The notes under the pieces were generated by a model, which saw only the letters and a program-made list of their open reading frames with translations, made no database searches and had not been told where the DNA came from. Position numbers and translations under genes: made by a program. Below, piece after piece: positions 27,701-40,248 of a stretch of 64,000 bases of DNA. Origin of the DNA: Octopus vulgaris (lineage: Eukaryota); NCBI GenBank assembly GCA_951406725.2, contig OX597814.1, positions 85,498,001 through 85,562,000 on the forward strand. The letters run 5' to 3'. Numbering within the stretch: position 1 is the stretch's first letter; every line of letters starts with the position of its first letter.

Positions 27701-28942
27701 TCCACAAAACACTTCTATCTACACGCTGACAGTTTAATGGTTCTTTCAGTCTTTAAGACTCAAATACCTGATTTTTAACATGAAATTCTTCATTCTTTAA
27801 ACATATCTGCCAATGAAAAATGTATGTAAATTTGTTTTATTCATTGATGGTGGTGGCGATGACAATATTCTTGTTTGTATGTTGGTTTGCTTGTGTGTGT
27901 GTGTGCGCGCGTGTGTATGTGTGTGTGTGCGCGTATGCGCGTGTGTATGTGTGTGTGTGTGTGTGTGTGTTTGGGCGTGTGTATGTGTGTGTATGCCGAA
28001 GTATTGATAAATTAATACATTAATGCGTTTATATATGCATATGTATGTGTTTCTGTGTGTGTTTGTGTATGTACGTGCGTGCTGTGTGTGTGTGAGTGTT
28101 TGTGTATGTACGTGTGTGCTGTGTGTGTGTTTGTGCATGTGTGTGGTGTGTGGGTGGATAGGTGTTTGTGTGTGTATGTCTGTGTGTATGCCGAAGTATC
28201 AGTATACATTAGTGTATTTATATATGTATATGTGTGTGTGCACGTTTGTTTGTTTGTGTGTGTTTGTGTGTGTGTGTGCATGTGTCTATGCCGAAATATT
28301 ACTGTACGTTAATGCATTTATATATGTATGTGTGTGTGTTCGTGCGTGTGTTTGTGTGTGCATGTGTGATGTGAATGCAGAAAGAGATAGGGAGGGAGAA
28401 GGGAGAGAGAGCGAGAAAGAATATATACATGCACATAAACACATATTTGCACATGTTATACGCAAATATTTGTACATTACAGACGCTCGCATATATATAT
28501 ATGCGTGTATGTATGTACGTATGTATGTATTTATGTATGCATGTATATATGTGTGTATGTATGAGTGTGTATATATATGTATATTTAGGTGTGTGTACAT
28601 ATATAAACATCGATTTTACATGAAAAAACATGAATATATATGTACATACTGGCATACATACATATATGCACACTCACATGTATATGTATATATATGTGTG
28701 TGTGTAGGTGTGTGTGTATGTATTTTCAATGTGTATAAATAACACGGAAAAAATAGTTACCAAGGTAGCAAAAAATTCACAGAAGTACCAAGGATGTTAA
28801 AGCCTACTTAAAAGGAAGAAATTCCAGAGTTTAGTGAAACGTTTTGGGATAACAGATAAATAAATAACAGATCATTTTATTCCCTCTGGAATAATACCAA
28901 TGTTTTCTTCGAAACATATGTCGGAAGTATAAAGATTTGAAC

Positions 28943-29162
28943 AGAGGTTACAAAAGTAACAGAGGGTACTGACTAGCACCGCTTTTGCTAAGAATGAGAA
29001 TGAAAACAACACCACTCCCGAAATCGCGATCCGACTATGCACGCTGGGGACCTTCTTCCCTTTGTCAGTCATTAAGGCCTTTGTGACTTTTTGAATTGTT
29101 TTAACATTTATTTTTGGCAAAAGCGGTGCTAGTCAGTACCCTCTGTCACTTTTGTCACCTCT
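28943..29162. repeat. Inverted repeat (~50-bp arms)
   Basis: AGAGGTTACAAAAGTAACAGAGGGTACTGACTAGCACCGCTTTTGC versus its reverse complement ending at 29162. Confidence 0.9.
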
Positions 29163-29362
29163 CACACACACTCACTCTCTCTCTCGCTATATATATAGCC
29201 GCTAGCATGGGAATAAAAACCTCATAGGTAACAATTATTATTAAAATTATAATTAAGGGTATCTAAAATATACCATCATGTAGGAGATAGCAGTCAACAC
29301 TTGACTCTAAAACCATATCAAATATTCATACAGCAGCAGGAGAGCATTTTTTACGATGGCTC

Positions 29363-29437
29363 GATAACTGAAGAGATGGCGAATGTGTGGGTGAGCAGTG
29401 GGTTTCCGCCCCCACATCCGAAACTCGGAGTTTTATC
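29363..29437 (+). ncRNA. Type I hammerhead ribozyme-like motif
   Basis: GATAA-CTGAAGA-GATG..CATC-C-GAAA-CTC(G)GAG-TT-TTATC; homolog of 6319-6381 with a compensatory stem I change. Confidence 0.65.
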
Positions 29438-29492
29438 ATGGCTGCTGATAAATTGTCACATATTATATTTACATACATACATAAATACATGT

Positions 29493-29553
<61 letters not shown>

Positions 29554-29828
29554 AATGTAAAAAATACAAACTGGGACGAGAACGTGAAACATTTAGAAGA
29601 CGATACAAAAAACACGGACGGGACATTCGAAGCCTTCAATCTTCAGTCAAGAACCGGATCATCTTCGCAATTTCAGCTGATTATATATATATATATACAT
29701 AAACATACACACACACACACACACACGCACATATATATATATATATATACATGTATACGTGCGTATATGTAAGTATTCGTATGTTGTATATATATATATT
29801 TTTGTATTTACGTACTATTTTTGTGCAT

Positions 29829-29886
29829 ATTCCACTGATGAGGCAAAGCATTTCTTATGCAACGCCAGAAATCCGGGATCTGGAAT
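29829..29886 (+). ncRNA. Type I hammerhead ribozyme-like motif
   Basis: ATTCCA-CTGATGA-GGC..GCC-A-GAAA-TCC(G)GGA-TC-TGGAAT: 6-bp stem I, AUC cleavage triplet. Confidence 0.7.
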
Positions 29887-30026
29887 TATCCTATAAGTAT
29901 TTTGCCAGTTTATTTTGTCTCTTTGTCTTCTCTCCTGGTGCTGTATGAATATTTGATGTGGTTTTAAAGTCAAGTTTTGACTGCTATCTCTAGTATGATG
30001 GCATCTTTTAGATACCCTTAATTATA

Positions 30027-30085
<59 letters not shown>

Positions 30086-30522
30086 AAAGACTGAATTGTC
30101 ATATCTGGGATGCATGTGTCTGATCAGCCATAACTGATCTGAGACTGAGCCACAGCTATTCCCACCACCACTGATACCACTGCCAACTCCAACATGACCA
30201 CCATATCCACACTTTCTTCACCTTCTCCTTCCCCCGGAATACGCACCTCTATCTACACATTGACAGTTTAATGGTTCTCAAAGTTTTAGTCTTTAAGACT
30301 CAAATGCATGATTTTTAATATAGAATTCTTTATTTTTTAAACATATCCGCCAATAAAAAAATGTAACTGCGTTTTACTCACTCATGATAGCGATAATTTT
30401 GTTTATTTTCTTAATGTGTTTGTATTTCTATTTCTGTGTTATGAAATAATACTTATATTTAAGTATGCATACACACACACACACACACAATTACACACAC
30501 ACATATATATACATACATATAT

Positions 30523-30576
<54 letters not shown>

Positions 30577-30967
30577 GCACACACGCATATACAATTATGC
30601 ATACATGCATATACATATACACGTATATACATGTTTCTGTGTCTGTGTTTGTGTATGTGTGTATACACGAATGTATGTATACATGCATTAAGAATACTGT
30701 GACTTGGTGAAAACTCGTCAAATAGAGAAAGCTTAATACTGATATGACTTGCACAGAGTACTTCCGAGCTGAATTTCGTGGTAGATCCATAGTCTGAATT
30801 CTCAGAGGAACAAATGTATATGGTCATTACAATCTTCAGGCATGTAAACTCGCTACTCTCATGAGAAGTTAGGTCTTAATTCGTGATTCTGGTAGAAGAA
30901 CCATCACTGTCTTGCGATACTCAGGTTATATCCCTTAGATTTACACATACACACACACGCACGCACG

Positions 30968-31014
<47 letters not shown>

Positions 31015-31031
31015 ATGTATATATATATATA

Positions 31032-31063
<32 letters not shown>

Positions 31064-31201
31064 GTGTGTGTCTGTGTGTGTGTATATATATATTCACATA
31101 CATGTGTGTACACAATAGAATTAATTCGGAATATATGGAAGGCTCTCTCAAGTTATGTACTACTCGGTGTTAAAATCACATCTCTTTACTTACCATATAT
31201 A

Positions 31202-31478
31202 TATTGGGTTGGCAAGAAAGTAATTTCGGTTATTTAGTGCGAAATAAAAGTCATTGTTTTTTCATACAAAGAATGAACTTTAAACAATTATATATTTTCC
31301 ATTTTGTTCGATGACCTTTTGCCATCTTTCTGGCAATTTCATGATTCCGCGCTCATAGAATTTCTGGTCCTTATCAGTCAAAAACTGAAGCAAGTGCGAT
31401 TTCAGGTCGTCATCATTATTGAAAGTTTTACCATTCAAAGAATTTTTCAAACTTTGAAATAAATAGTAATCTGATGGT
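31202..31478 (-). mobile_element. Mariner transposon 3' fragment with TIR
   Basis: Minus strand DYYLFQSLKNSLNGKTFNNDDDLKSHL..DQKFYERGIMKLPERWQKVIEQNGKYII*; TIR TATTGGGTTGGCAAGAAAG. Confidence 0.88.
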
Positions 31479-32130
31479 AGTCTGATGTAGCATCTATAAA
31501 ATATTTCCTGTTGTGATGGTTTACCAGAAAATGCTTATTTACTCATTTCTGTTAGCCGTAGAGTTTAAAGAAAACGGAGAGGCGAGCCGTTGATATTTCG
31601 CGGTCTGCCCCATTTCCGTCTAGTCTGTAGGTTAAGGACTCGGCGAAAATTTCTCTCTGAAATCGCAGCGGGATAAAGTAATTCTAAATTAAGGGTCATA
31701 GATTTCTTTTAAAATATAGTTACTAATATCAGCAAAGTTCCCAGTCTGTTCTCCCCTAAAGAAAAACCTTTTCGACACAGGTACTAATTAGGATCAACAT
31801 AGTTATTATTGCTACTTTTGTTATTTTTGTTTAGTTCCAGGTCAACCCTAACTAAGGACATCAAGGACAAAAGGCAATCATTGCATTTTAAAAAGTTTTT
31901 AATTAATTTTTTTTTATTAGGCAGTTCATATGTAAGACTACATTAACTAATGTGTCCTTTTGTTTTTCGAAATCGTAGAGCGTGCTAGCAATTTCTGAAT
32001 CACTGTGTTCTGCATATATGGCAACAGTGACTATGTGTCTTTTCATTTGATGTGTTAGCTTTTTATCTGTCTGTCTGAAATTCTATATATCATGGCAGTG
32101 AGACTTGGCTGGTATGCGGTGACCGGACGC

Positions 32131-32176
32131 CTGCCACTGAAGAAGTCCAGTAAGCTGAAATCACGTGATCTGGCAG
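32131..32176 (+). ncRNA. Type I hammerhead ribozyme-like motif with palindromic stem III
   Basis: CTGCCA-CTGAAGA-AGTCCAGTAAGCT-GAAA-TCACGTGA-TC-TGGCAG: perfect 6-bp stem I, intact core, weak stem II. Confidence 0.72.
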
Positions 32177-32438
32177 TTCCTGTGCGATTCTAGTCTGATA
32201 CGATTTATATTTGTGTTTTCTATGCACCATGCACCTATATGAGAGGATATCTCAAGGCGAATATCGCTGTAGTCGACGTTCAAGCAAGACATCCACGTGA
32301 AGTTGAATATAAAGATTGCCTTTTGGTTCTAAAACTGCTTCCGTCACAAATGATTATTTTTTAAAAAACATTTAATTGCTTTGAAGATGGTATTTTAACG
32401 TTGATTGAGTGTTCTGTAAAACTCCTAACTCCTTGCAT

Positions 32439-32481
<43 letters not shown>

Positions 32482-32554
32482 AATGTGACCGCGTGTGTAC
32501 CGTTGGCGATTTTTTTCCTTCGTCTTCCCTTCTCTGGATCTTTCCTTTTCCCAT

Positions 32555-32589
32555 GTTTCTGACGAAGTGCTCCGCTCGAAACGTTAAAC
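32555..32589 (+). ncRNA. Minimal hammerhead ribozyme-like motif (Penelope LTR type)
   Basis: GTTT-CTGACGA-A-GTGC-TCC-GCTC-GAAA-CG-TT-AAAC. Confidence 0.6.
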
Positions 32590-32693
32590 CCTCCTTCTTC
32601 CCTTCCTTCCTGAGCGTCCAATAATACTATATTTGTTACACGTCCTCGCGTTGTTGTGTTTTCTCATTGTGTTTTCATGTCTGGATTAACTTT

Positions 32694-32755
<62 letters not shown>

Positions 32756-32835
32756 TGTATATATATATACACTGGGGTCGATGTAACCGACTAGTCATCT
32801 CCCCCCAAATTTCAGGCCTTGTACCTTTAGTAGAA

Positions 32836-32892
<57 letters not shown>

Positions 32893-33720
32893 TACTTTAA
32901 TCTGCATGTTTGTTACAATCACTTGCCGAGATATACCCAGCATCCCCGGGCGAGTGAAGGATAAGAGATGTTACAGCGGCACTCGCTAAATATTTAAATT
33001 GATAGGGTTTCTCTAAGGATGTGGGCAGTACTTGTCAGCACAATCTTTTGGATTTATCTAGTTTTCCTGGGATATTATCTAGATGTTTCTGACACCCCTT
33101 TCTTATAATACAACAAGAACAGTTCTCGCTTTAAGACGCCACATCTTTTGTATTTCAATTTCCAGGTCCTTATATTTACTTAATTTATCAAATTCCTTTA
33201 CAGATATATTTTTTATCAGAGGGAACACTTACATCTATTAGTGTACAAGTATTTTCTTCCTTGTCTTTAATGACTATGTCAGGTCGATTAGTCTGGATCG
33301 TCCTGTCGGTGTTGACTGGAAAATCCCAGAGGGTAGTAACATTTTTACCGTCAACGACTGGTTCAGGATGATGTTCATACCAGTAAGCAAGAGCGCTGCT
33401 TTTGTAGTGTTTACATATTTTCCAATGTAAATACTGTCCTACCCTATCGTGACGATTTTTTTATATTCGTTCGGTATTAGCATAGGACATCCCGAGACAA
33501 GATGGTCTATTGTTTTATCAAATTTATCGCAGAATCTGCACTTAGGGACAGGAACCGTTTTGAAGAACATTAGCCTCGTAATTTTTGGTAAGCTTTGATC
33601 TTGTGCCGCCAATATGAAACCTTCAGTCTCTGCTTTCAATCCTGAGCTTCTCAGCCACCGACGAGTTGTTGCTTGGTCTATATCAGCATTTCGGTTTCGA
33701 AGTATATACTGTCCATCGAG
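32893..33720 (-). pseudogene. R4/Dong-like non-LTR retrotransposon 3' part (zinc finger plus RLE), ending in (TAA)n
   Basis: LKAETEGFILAAQDQSL, CRFCDKFDKTIDHLVSGC, RHDRVGQYLHW, LWDFPVNTDRTIQTNRPDIVI, IDVSVP..KYKDLEIEIQKMW; (ATT)n at 32837-32892 abuts the 3' end. Confidence 0.88.
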
Positions 33721-33723
33721 AGG

Positions 33724-33776
<53 letters not shown>

Positions 33777-34632
33777 CAAAAATGGGACAAGAAAGCAAAA
33801 CATCCATACAGTTAAGTGATACAAAAAATGAACAACAAAACATCCAGACAGACGATACAAAAAAAAAAAAAAAGGACGGGTCATTCGGAGTTTCCTTTCC
33901 TCAGTCGAGTTCCAGATTGTCTTTGCAATTTCGGTTGGTTTTACTCGAGATTGCTCCAATCTGGCCAGACCCCAGGAAAAACTAAGCTAAGAGCAATAGA
34001 TTCCTTGGAAGAAAGCAGGGAATGTATACGAAAACAAGAATGGAAAAAAACACGGAGAAATAGTACACAAATACAAATAACAGGACATTAACAACGGATG
34101 TCTTTCGACAAAGGACGAATTAAATTAAGCAGGCGTGTGTGGAAATAAAGACTTATGGCAGGGGCATAAGATTTGACAGGCACAGGGAGGAATATAGATG
34201 TTGCACGGATGGTAGTCAAACTAAGAAAGAAAGGTGAGGCTTGGCCGAACACCGGTCAGGTAGGGAGAGAAGAGGGGAGAGGTAGAGGCAGAGGGACAGA
34301 AAAATTAAGGAGGGGCGAGAAAGAAAGAAAAATATGAAAGGGACAGAGTGAAGTGAAAAGAGGAGGGAAGGTGAACATGAAGAGAAGGCCAGGAAATGTG
34401 AGAGAGGGGAAACGAAAGAACGAAGAGTGGAATGAACGAAGTAGGTGTGAGGGGCTGATAGAAAGAAGGAAAGAATGAAAGAACAGAAAGAATAATAGAG
34501 TCGTACAAAATTTATATATATATATATATATAGACTTACATATAAGAGACCAAAGTGTACGTATGCCGCTATATTTTTATGTATAAAAAATACAGAAATT
34601 GGACAAGAACGTAAAACATCCAAACAGTTAGG

Positions 34633-34688
<56 letters not shown>

Positions 34689-34705
34689 AAGTGTGTGTGT
34701 ATGAA

Positions 34706-34755
<50 letters not shown>

Positions 34756-36196
34756 AACACTTTTATATGCACATGTATAATATATATACATATATCTCTA
34801 TATATTTATATGTATGTATGTATGTAATGAAGTATAATGAGATCTGCTTAAACACACATTAAATAGTACGTATGTATAATGCATTACATTATGTATTGAT
34901 ATTATATCCATAAAAAGAATCTTAAGTAATAAATGTAATTTATTTGTTTTATGCATACAAATATACATACATGCATACATAAATTTATACACACATAGAT
35001 ATGTATATAAATATATACACATACATACACATGCTTATTTATTCATATGTGCACAAACGTAGACACATTTACTTATACACAGATATATACGTGTGCATAT
35101 GTATAAAAGAGAACAAGGAAATGCAAGACTACAAATGCACAGAGAATATACAAGCTCAAGTTGTCTACAAAGACGTGCATACACCCAGCTCTCATCCGTC
35201 TGCCATACTCATCTACACACCCACCCATAAAGTCACATAACACCCTGTGGCTCCAACACACACACACACTAATATATATATATATACAAATTATATACAT
35301 ATATAAACACATCACGCACACAAATACACATCCACGTCCCTCATCTCCATATCCATACATATATGATATTGATTTCAATTTTAAAGATTGTTCCCGAACT
35401 GCCAAGATTGCTGAAGTTCAGGTTGCATCCTCTGATGAAAGAAATATGTCTACAGTCCTCCTCATATGTTCGTGTGTTTTTGTTATCTGTTGCTTAACTG
35501 CCCTGGCCAAGGATTGATGTTTTCACAGTTGGATCGCGTGAGAAATGTTTCCCTTTTAACCCCGGCCAACTTTACGTTTCCCCCGAACCGTCTCATATAA
35601 GTTTTCATGTAAGCATCTAACCGCCATTACTATTTAGCTGAAGATAACAGCATCCCATAATGTCTACTTAACAAACTCTTCGCCATTGTCGCTTCCCTTT
35701 CTCTCATTTTCCTGCTTATATTACTGTGCTTTCTTATGATTTCTCCCTCTCTCTCCCCTCTCTCTTTCTGTCTTTCTCTCCCCTGTATTTATCTTATTGT
35801 TTCTCTTTAATTTTCTCTTTCACTTTCTAGTTTTTGTTTTGTCCAATTCTCATAGCTCGTTTCTTTTTCTTTTCTGTTTCACCTCAAGCTCCCATATCAA
35901 TTCACTTCCCTCGCTCCCTCCCTCCCTCTCTCTCTCCCTCTCTCTCTCTCTCTTCCCCTTTCCCAATTCTTTCCTTTCTCAAGCCATATCCTTTTTCTTT
36001 TCCTACTTTCTTCCTCACTTTACCCCTCCCTCGCTTTCTCTTTCCCTTTATTCTCCCCTCTCTCTCTTTCATCACTCCCTGTTCCTCTCGTTTTCCTTTC
36101 CATATTCAATTCATTTATCCCCCTTCACTCTCTTGTCTCTCATATTCTATAATCGCATTTATTCTCTCTTTGTTATTCTCTTCCTCCCTTCGTCTC

Positions 36197-36258
<62 letters not shown>

Positions 36259-36574
36259 GCATTGCCGTCACCACCAGCGAACAGCATCATTATCACAACC
36301 CTCGTCATTTTTCATGTTCTTTTATCGCCCATGGTCTCTCCTCTCTCCCTCTTCCTTAATCTCCCTGGTGCTCGATCCCCTCTTCCTCGCTCTTTATTCT
36401 CACCCTCTCCATTTCTCTGTCTCTCTATATTTCGCTCCGTTTTCAATATTACACTTTATTTCTTTTTTACATCATTTTCACTTCCTCTCGCTCCCCTTCT
36501 TCCCCGTTCTCTCACCTCCTTCTTCCCAACTCTCCACTTCTTCACTCTCTATATACATATGCATATCATGCATT

Positions 36575-36617
<43 letters not shown>

Positions 36618-36750
36618 CGATGAATATATGCAAATACGCATATACATATATATTTATGTGTTTGTGCGTGTGTGTGTGTGTGTGTGTACATGTAATATAT
36701 ATGCGTATATACATGTATTTATACATAGAGAAGGCGAAACACACATGTAA

Positions 36751-36821
<71 letters not shown>

Positions 36822-36900
36822 TACATACAGATACATGCATATACATAATGTATGCATATATTTACGTGTGTATGTAAATATATATATATACATACATACA

Positions 36901-37035
<135 letters not shown>

Positions 37036-37550
37036 TTGTGTGTGTGTGTATATATATGTAGTAAAAACATATAACACACACACAAACACGTACACATACG
37101 TATTATATCCTTTCTACTCTGTCTGTATCTTCATTTTGCTTTTCTCCATATTTCTTCCTCTCTTTTGATTGTCTCCACTTCTCTCTTGCTTCAATCATAC
37201 AATTTCGTCCACCATCTTTTCCTCTCTGACTCTTTTTTTTTGTTTTACAATTTTGCTCTTCTTTTTAAGCTATCCTATATCACTCAGTGTCTAACAGAGA
37301 GTAAGGGAGAGAGAGAGAGAGAGAAGGAGAGAGATAGGGGAAGAATATGAAAAGAATATATATTGCAGAAGAGAAGGAGCAAGAGACAGTAATGGAAATA
37401 CAGCGATTGTGGCCAACAGAGTCGGTGGTAAAGAATGATGAGAGTTGCGGTGGGTGTACATGTTGATTTATTCATACATATGAACGTATACGCATATGTA
37501 TGTGGGCGAGTATATGCAGACACATGTATGTATGTATGTGTGTGTGTGTG

Positions 37551-37583
<33 letters not shown>

Positions 37584-37619
37584 TCGTGTGTGTGTGTGTA
37601 AGGTGCAGGCGTATGTATG

Positions 37620-37653
<34 letters not shown>

Positions 37654-37691
37654 TGTATGTATGTATCTATGTATGTATGTATGTATGTATG

Positions 37692-37723
<32 letters not shown>

Positions 37724-38022
37724 TGTATGTATATATGTATGTATTATGTATATATGTATGTATGTATATATGTATGTATGTATATATGTATGTATTATGT
37801 ATATATGTATGTATGATAGTATGTATGCATGTAATATACAAAGTATAGCTAAATAAACGTGCACTTGTATATAAATATGTGTTGTGTGAGTATTTTTATG
37901 TGTGTATGCATATATGCCCGCGTCTTGTGTTTACTACATATGTATAGCATGTATGCGGGAATGTCTGTGTGTCTGTGTATCAGTTGGTCAGTCCGTATGT
38001 ACGTATGTATGTATGTATGTAG

Positions 38023-38053
<31 letters not shown>

Positions 38054-38083
38054 TGTATGTATGTATGTATGTTTGTATGTATG

Positions 38084-38117
<34 letters not shown>

Positions 38118-38145
38118 TGTATGTATGTATGTATGTTTGTATGTA

Positions 38146-38180
<35 letters not shown>

Positions 38181-38191
38181 TTGTATGTATG

Positions 38192-38225
<34 letters not shown>

Positions 38226-38327
38226 TGTATGTATGTATGTATGTATGTATGTATGTTTGTATGTATATATGTATGTATGTATGTATGTTTGTATGTATAT
38301 ATGTATGTGTGTATGTATGTTTGTATG

Positions 38328-38359
<32 letters not shown>

Positions 38360-38447
38360 CATGCATGTATGTGTGTGAATGTATAACTATCTAATTATGT
38401 GTATGTGTGTGTTGTAGGTACATAAACTTAAACGTTTGTGTGTGTGT

Positions 38448-38497
<50 letters not shown>

Positions 38498-38596
38498 GTT
38501 AATTCGCGATCCCAATAGCGTGACGGAAAAGCCAAATTCTCGCCGCCGCAACCACCATTAACCACCACCACCACCACCACCACCACCACCAACAGC

Positions 38597-38639
<43 letters not shown>

Positions 38640-39119
38640 GCAACAACAATAACAACAATAGCAACAACAACAATAACATCACTTCCGCCACCACCACCAC
38701 CACCCCATAGTAAGACAATGATATAGTGTCTATTCAATAAAGTTTCTCAGCTCCGACTATCAGGTGACGACCTTCCAGTCCCCACCGACGAAAATGGTCG
38801 ACTGATGGCCGAAATTCCCTCAGCGGTTTTCTTCTGGATGTAATGATGGAAGGTTAATCGCTACATTGCGAGATGGATCACATTACACGACACGAAGAAG
38901 ATCGTTCCCAATTCGGCATTCCGCGTCCGAACGACGCCTCCCTTCCACTGTCGCCGATCCGAGATCGGAGATTGTCGAAGTGTACACGAGAGAGATTTGC
39001 CGTTCAAACGTTCGAGGGCGTTTTGTGGGGCGTTTGCTGAGGGCAAATGTTCAGGGTTTATTCGGCAAGTTTATGTTGTTTTGTCTTTTTTCCTTTTGTT
39101 ATTGCTGTTGTTGTTGTTG

Positions 39120-39325
39120 TTTAGCTCCAGGTTGACTTTGATCAAACAGACCCATGATCAAAGACGTTCCAGCTGTGAACATCTCGTCTTTTTTCGTATG
39201 TGCAGATAATACAGAAGCGCATTATTCAATGTATTAATATCCGTTTCTAGCACAATGAATGTGTAATTAATTGAAAAGAGGTTTGGCTGCTCTTTCTAGC
39301 GGATCGAGCGATCGGGTAGAGGCTT
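39120..39325. repeat. Unclassified interspersed repeat
   Basis: TTTAGCTCCAGGTTGACTTTGATCAAACAGACCCATGATCAAAG..TTCCAGC and GTTTGGCTGCT.TTTCTAGC recur in diverged form near 31830, 40310, 53920 and inverted near 63780. Confidence 0.55.
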
Positions 39326-40018
39326 CGTCGATGGCACGTTGATGATGTTGGCGTTAGAGTTTGTATAGAGAAAAGACAGAATATATGTAATGTAGATGTC
39401 TCATGTGTGTCTATGAGGAAAGTAAAAAAGTGAGAGAGGTGGAAGGGGGACAGAGAAGGGGAGGAGGAGGAGAAACACAGAGAGAGAGAAGAGGCAGAAA
39501 GAGGAAGAGAATGGGAGAAGTAGGTATTTGGTAGATGAGAGACAAGAAGAAGCAAAGCTGTGAAAGAGTAGATGGTCAATGATTGAAGTGGCAAGGAAAG
39601 TGTAGACGTATAAGATAGTTGGATGAGAATGTGTGTGTTCGTGTGTGTGTGTGTGTGTGTGTTTGTGACTTACACATATATATATATATTTATTGACATC
39701 TACACAAATCGAACAGATAAAAATATTATGACCCTTATGTATCCTTAACAGAAGTAGCAAACAATTACAGATTGAAGCATGCAGTTCATTGCATCGCACT
39801 CATTACATGCACATACATATAGCCATACATAGCCACACACACGCATACACACACACACACACATATATATATGGGTAGAAATATATCAGGCTGAGAGGAG
39901 GAGGAGGAGGAAGAGGAAGGAGAGGAAATGCGCAATTTAAATGGATATTTCTTTACTATGAAGCAGACGACCTGACATTGTAAAGGTGTGGTATTAGTGT
40001 TATCAATGTTATGATGAA

Positions 40019-40092
<74 letters not shown>

Positions 40093-40205
40093 TGTGTGTA
40101 TGTGTGTGTGTGTGAGAGTGTGTGTGAGAGTGTGTGTGTGTATGTGTGTATGTGTGTGTGAGAGTGTGTGTGAGAGTGTGTGTGTGTATGTGTGTGTGTG
40201 TATGT

Positions 40206-40248
<43 letters not shown>

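Larger units (their letters stand above)
29244..30030. repeat. ~100-bp inverted repeat enclosing two hammerhead-like motifs
   Basis: 29244-29344 (AAATTATAATTAAGGGTATCTAAAA..CAGCAGGAGAG) is a diverged reverse complement of 29930-30030. Confidence 0.88.

Noticed and set aside
29615-33925. Minus-strand CTGAAGA/CTGAGGA..CGAATG motifs at about 29620-29650 and 33880-33910 (also CTGATGA at 35432 and CTGAAGA at 58101) as hammerheads
   Set aside because: GAAA and/or closing stems are missing; too degenerate to call.
38762-38830. In-frame TGA (GAC TGA TGG) as selenocysteine or an edited stop
   Set aside because: No recognisable selenoprotein or SECIS, and no evidence that this frame is coding.
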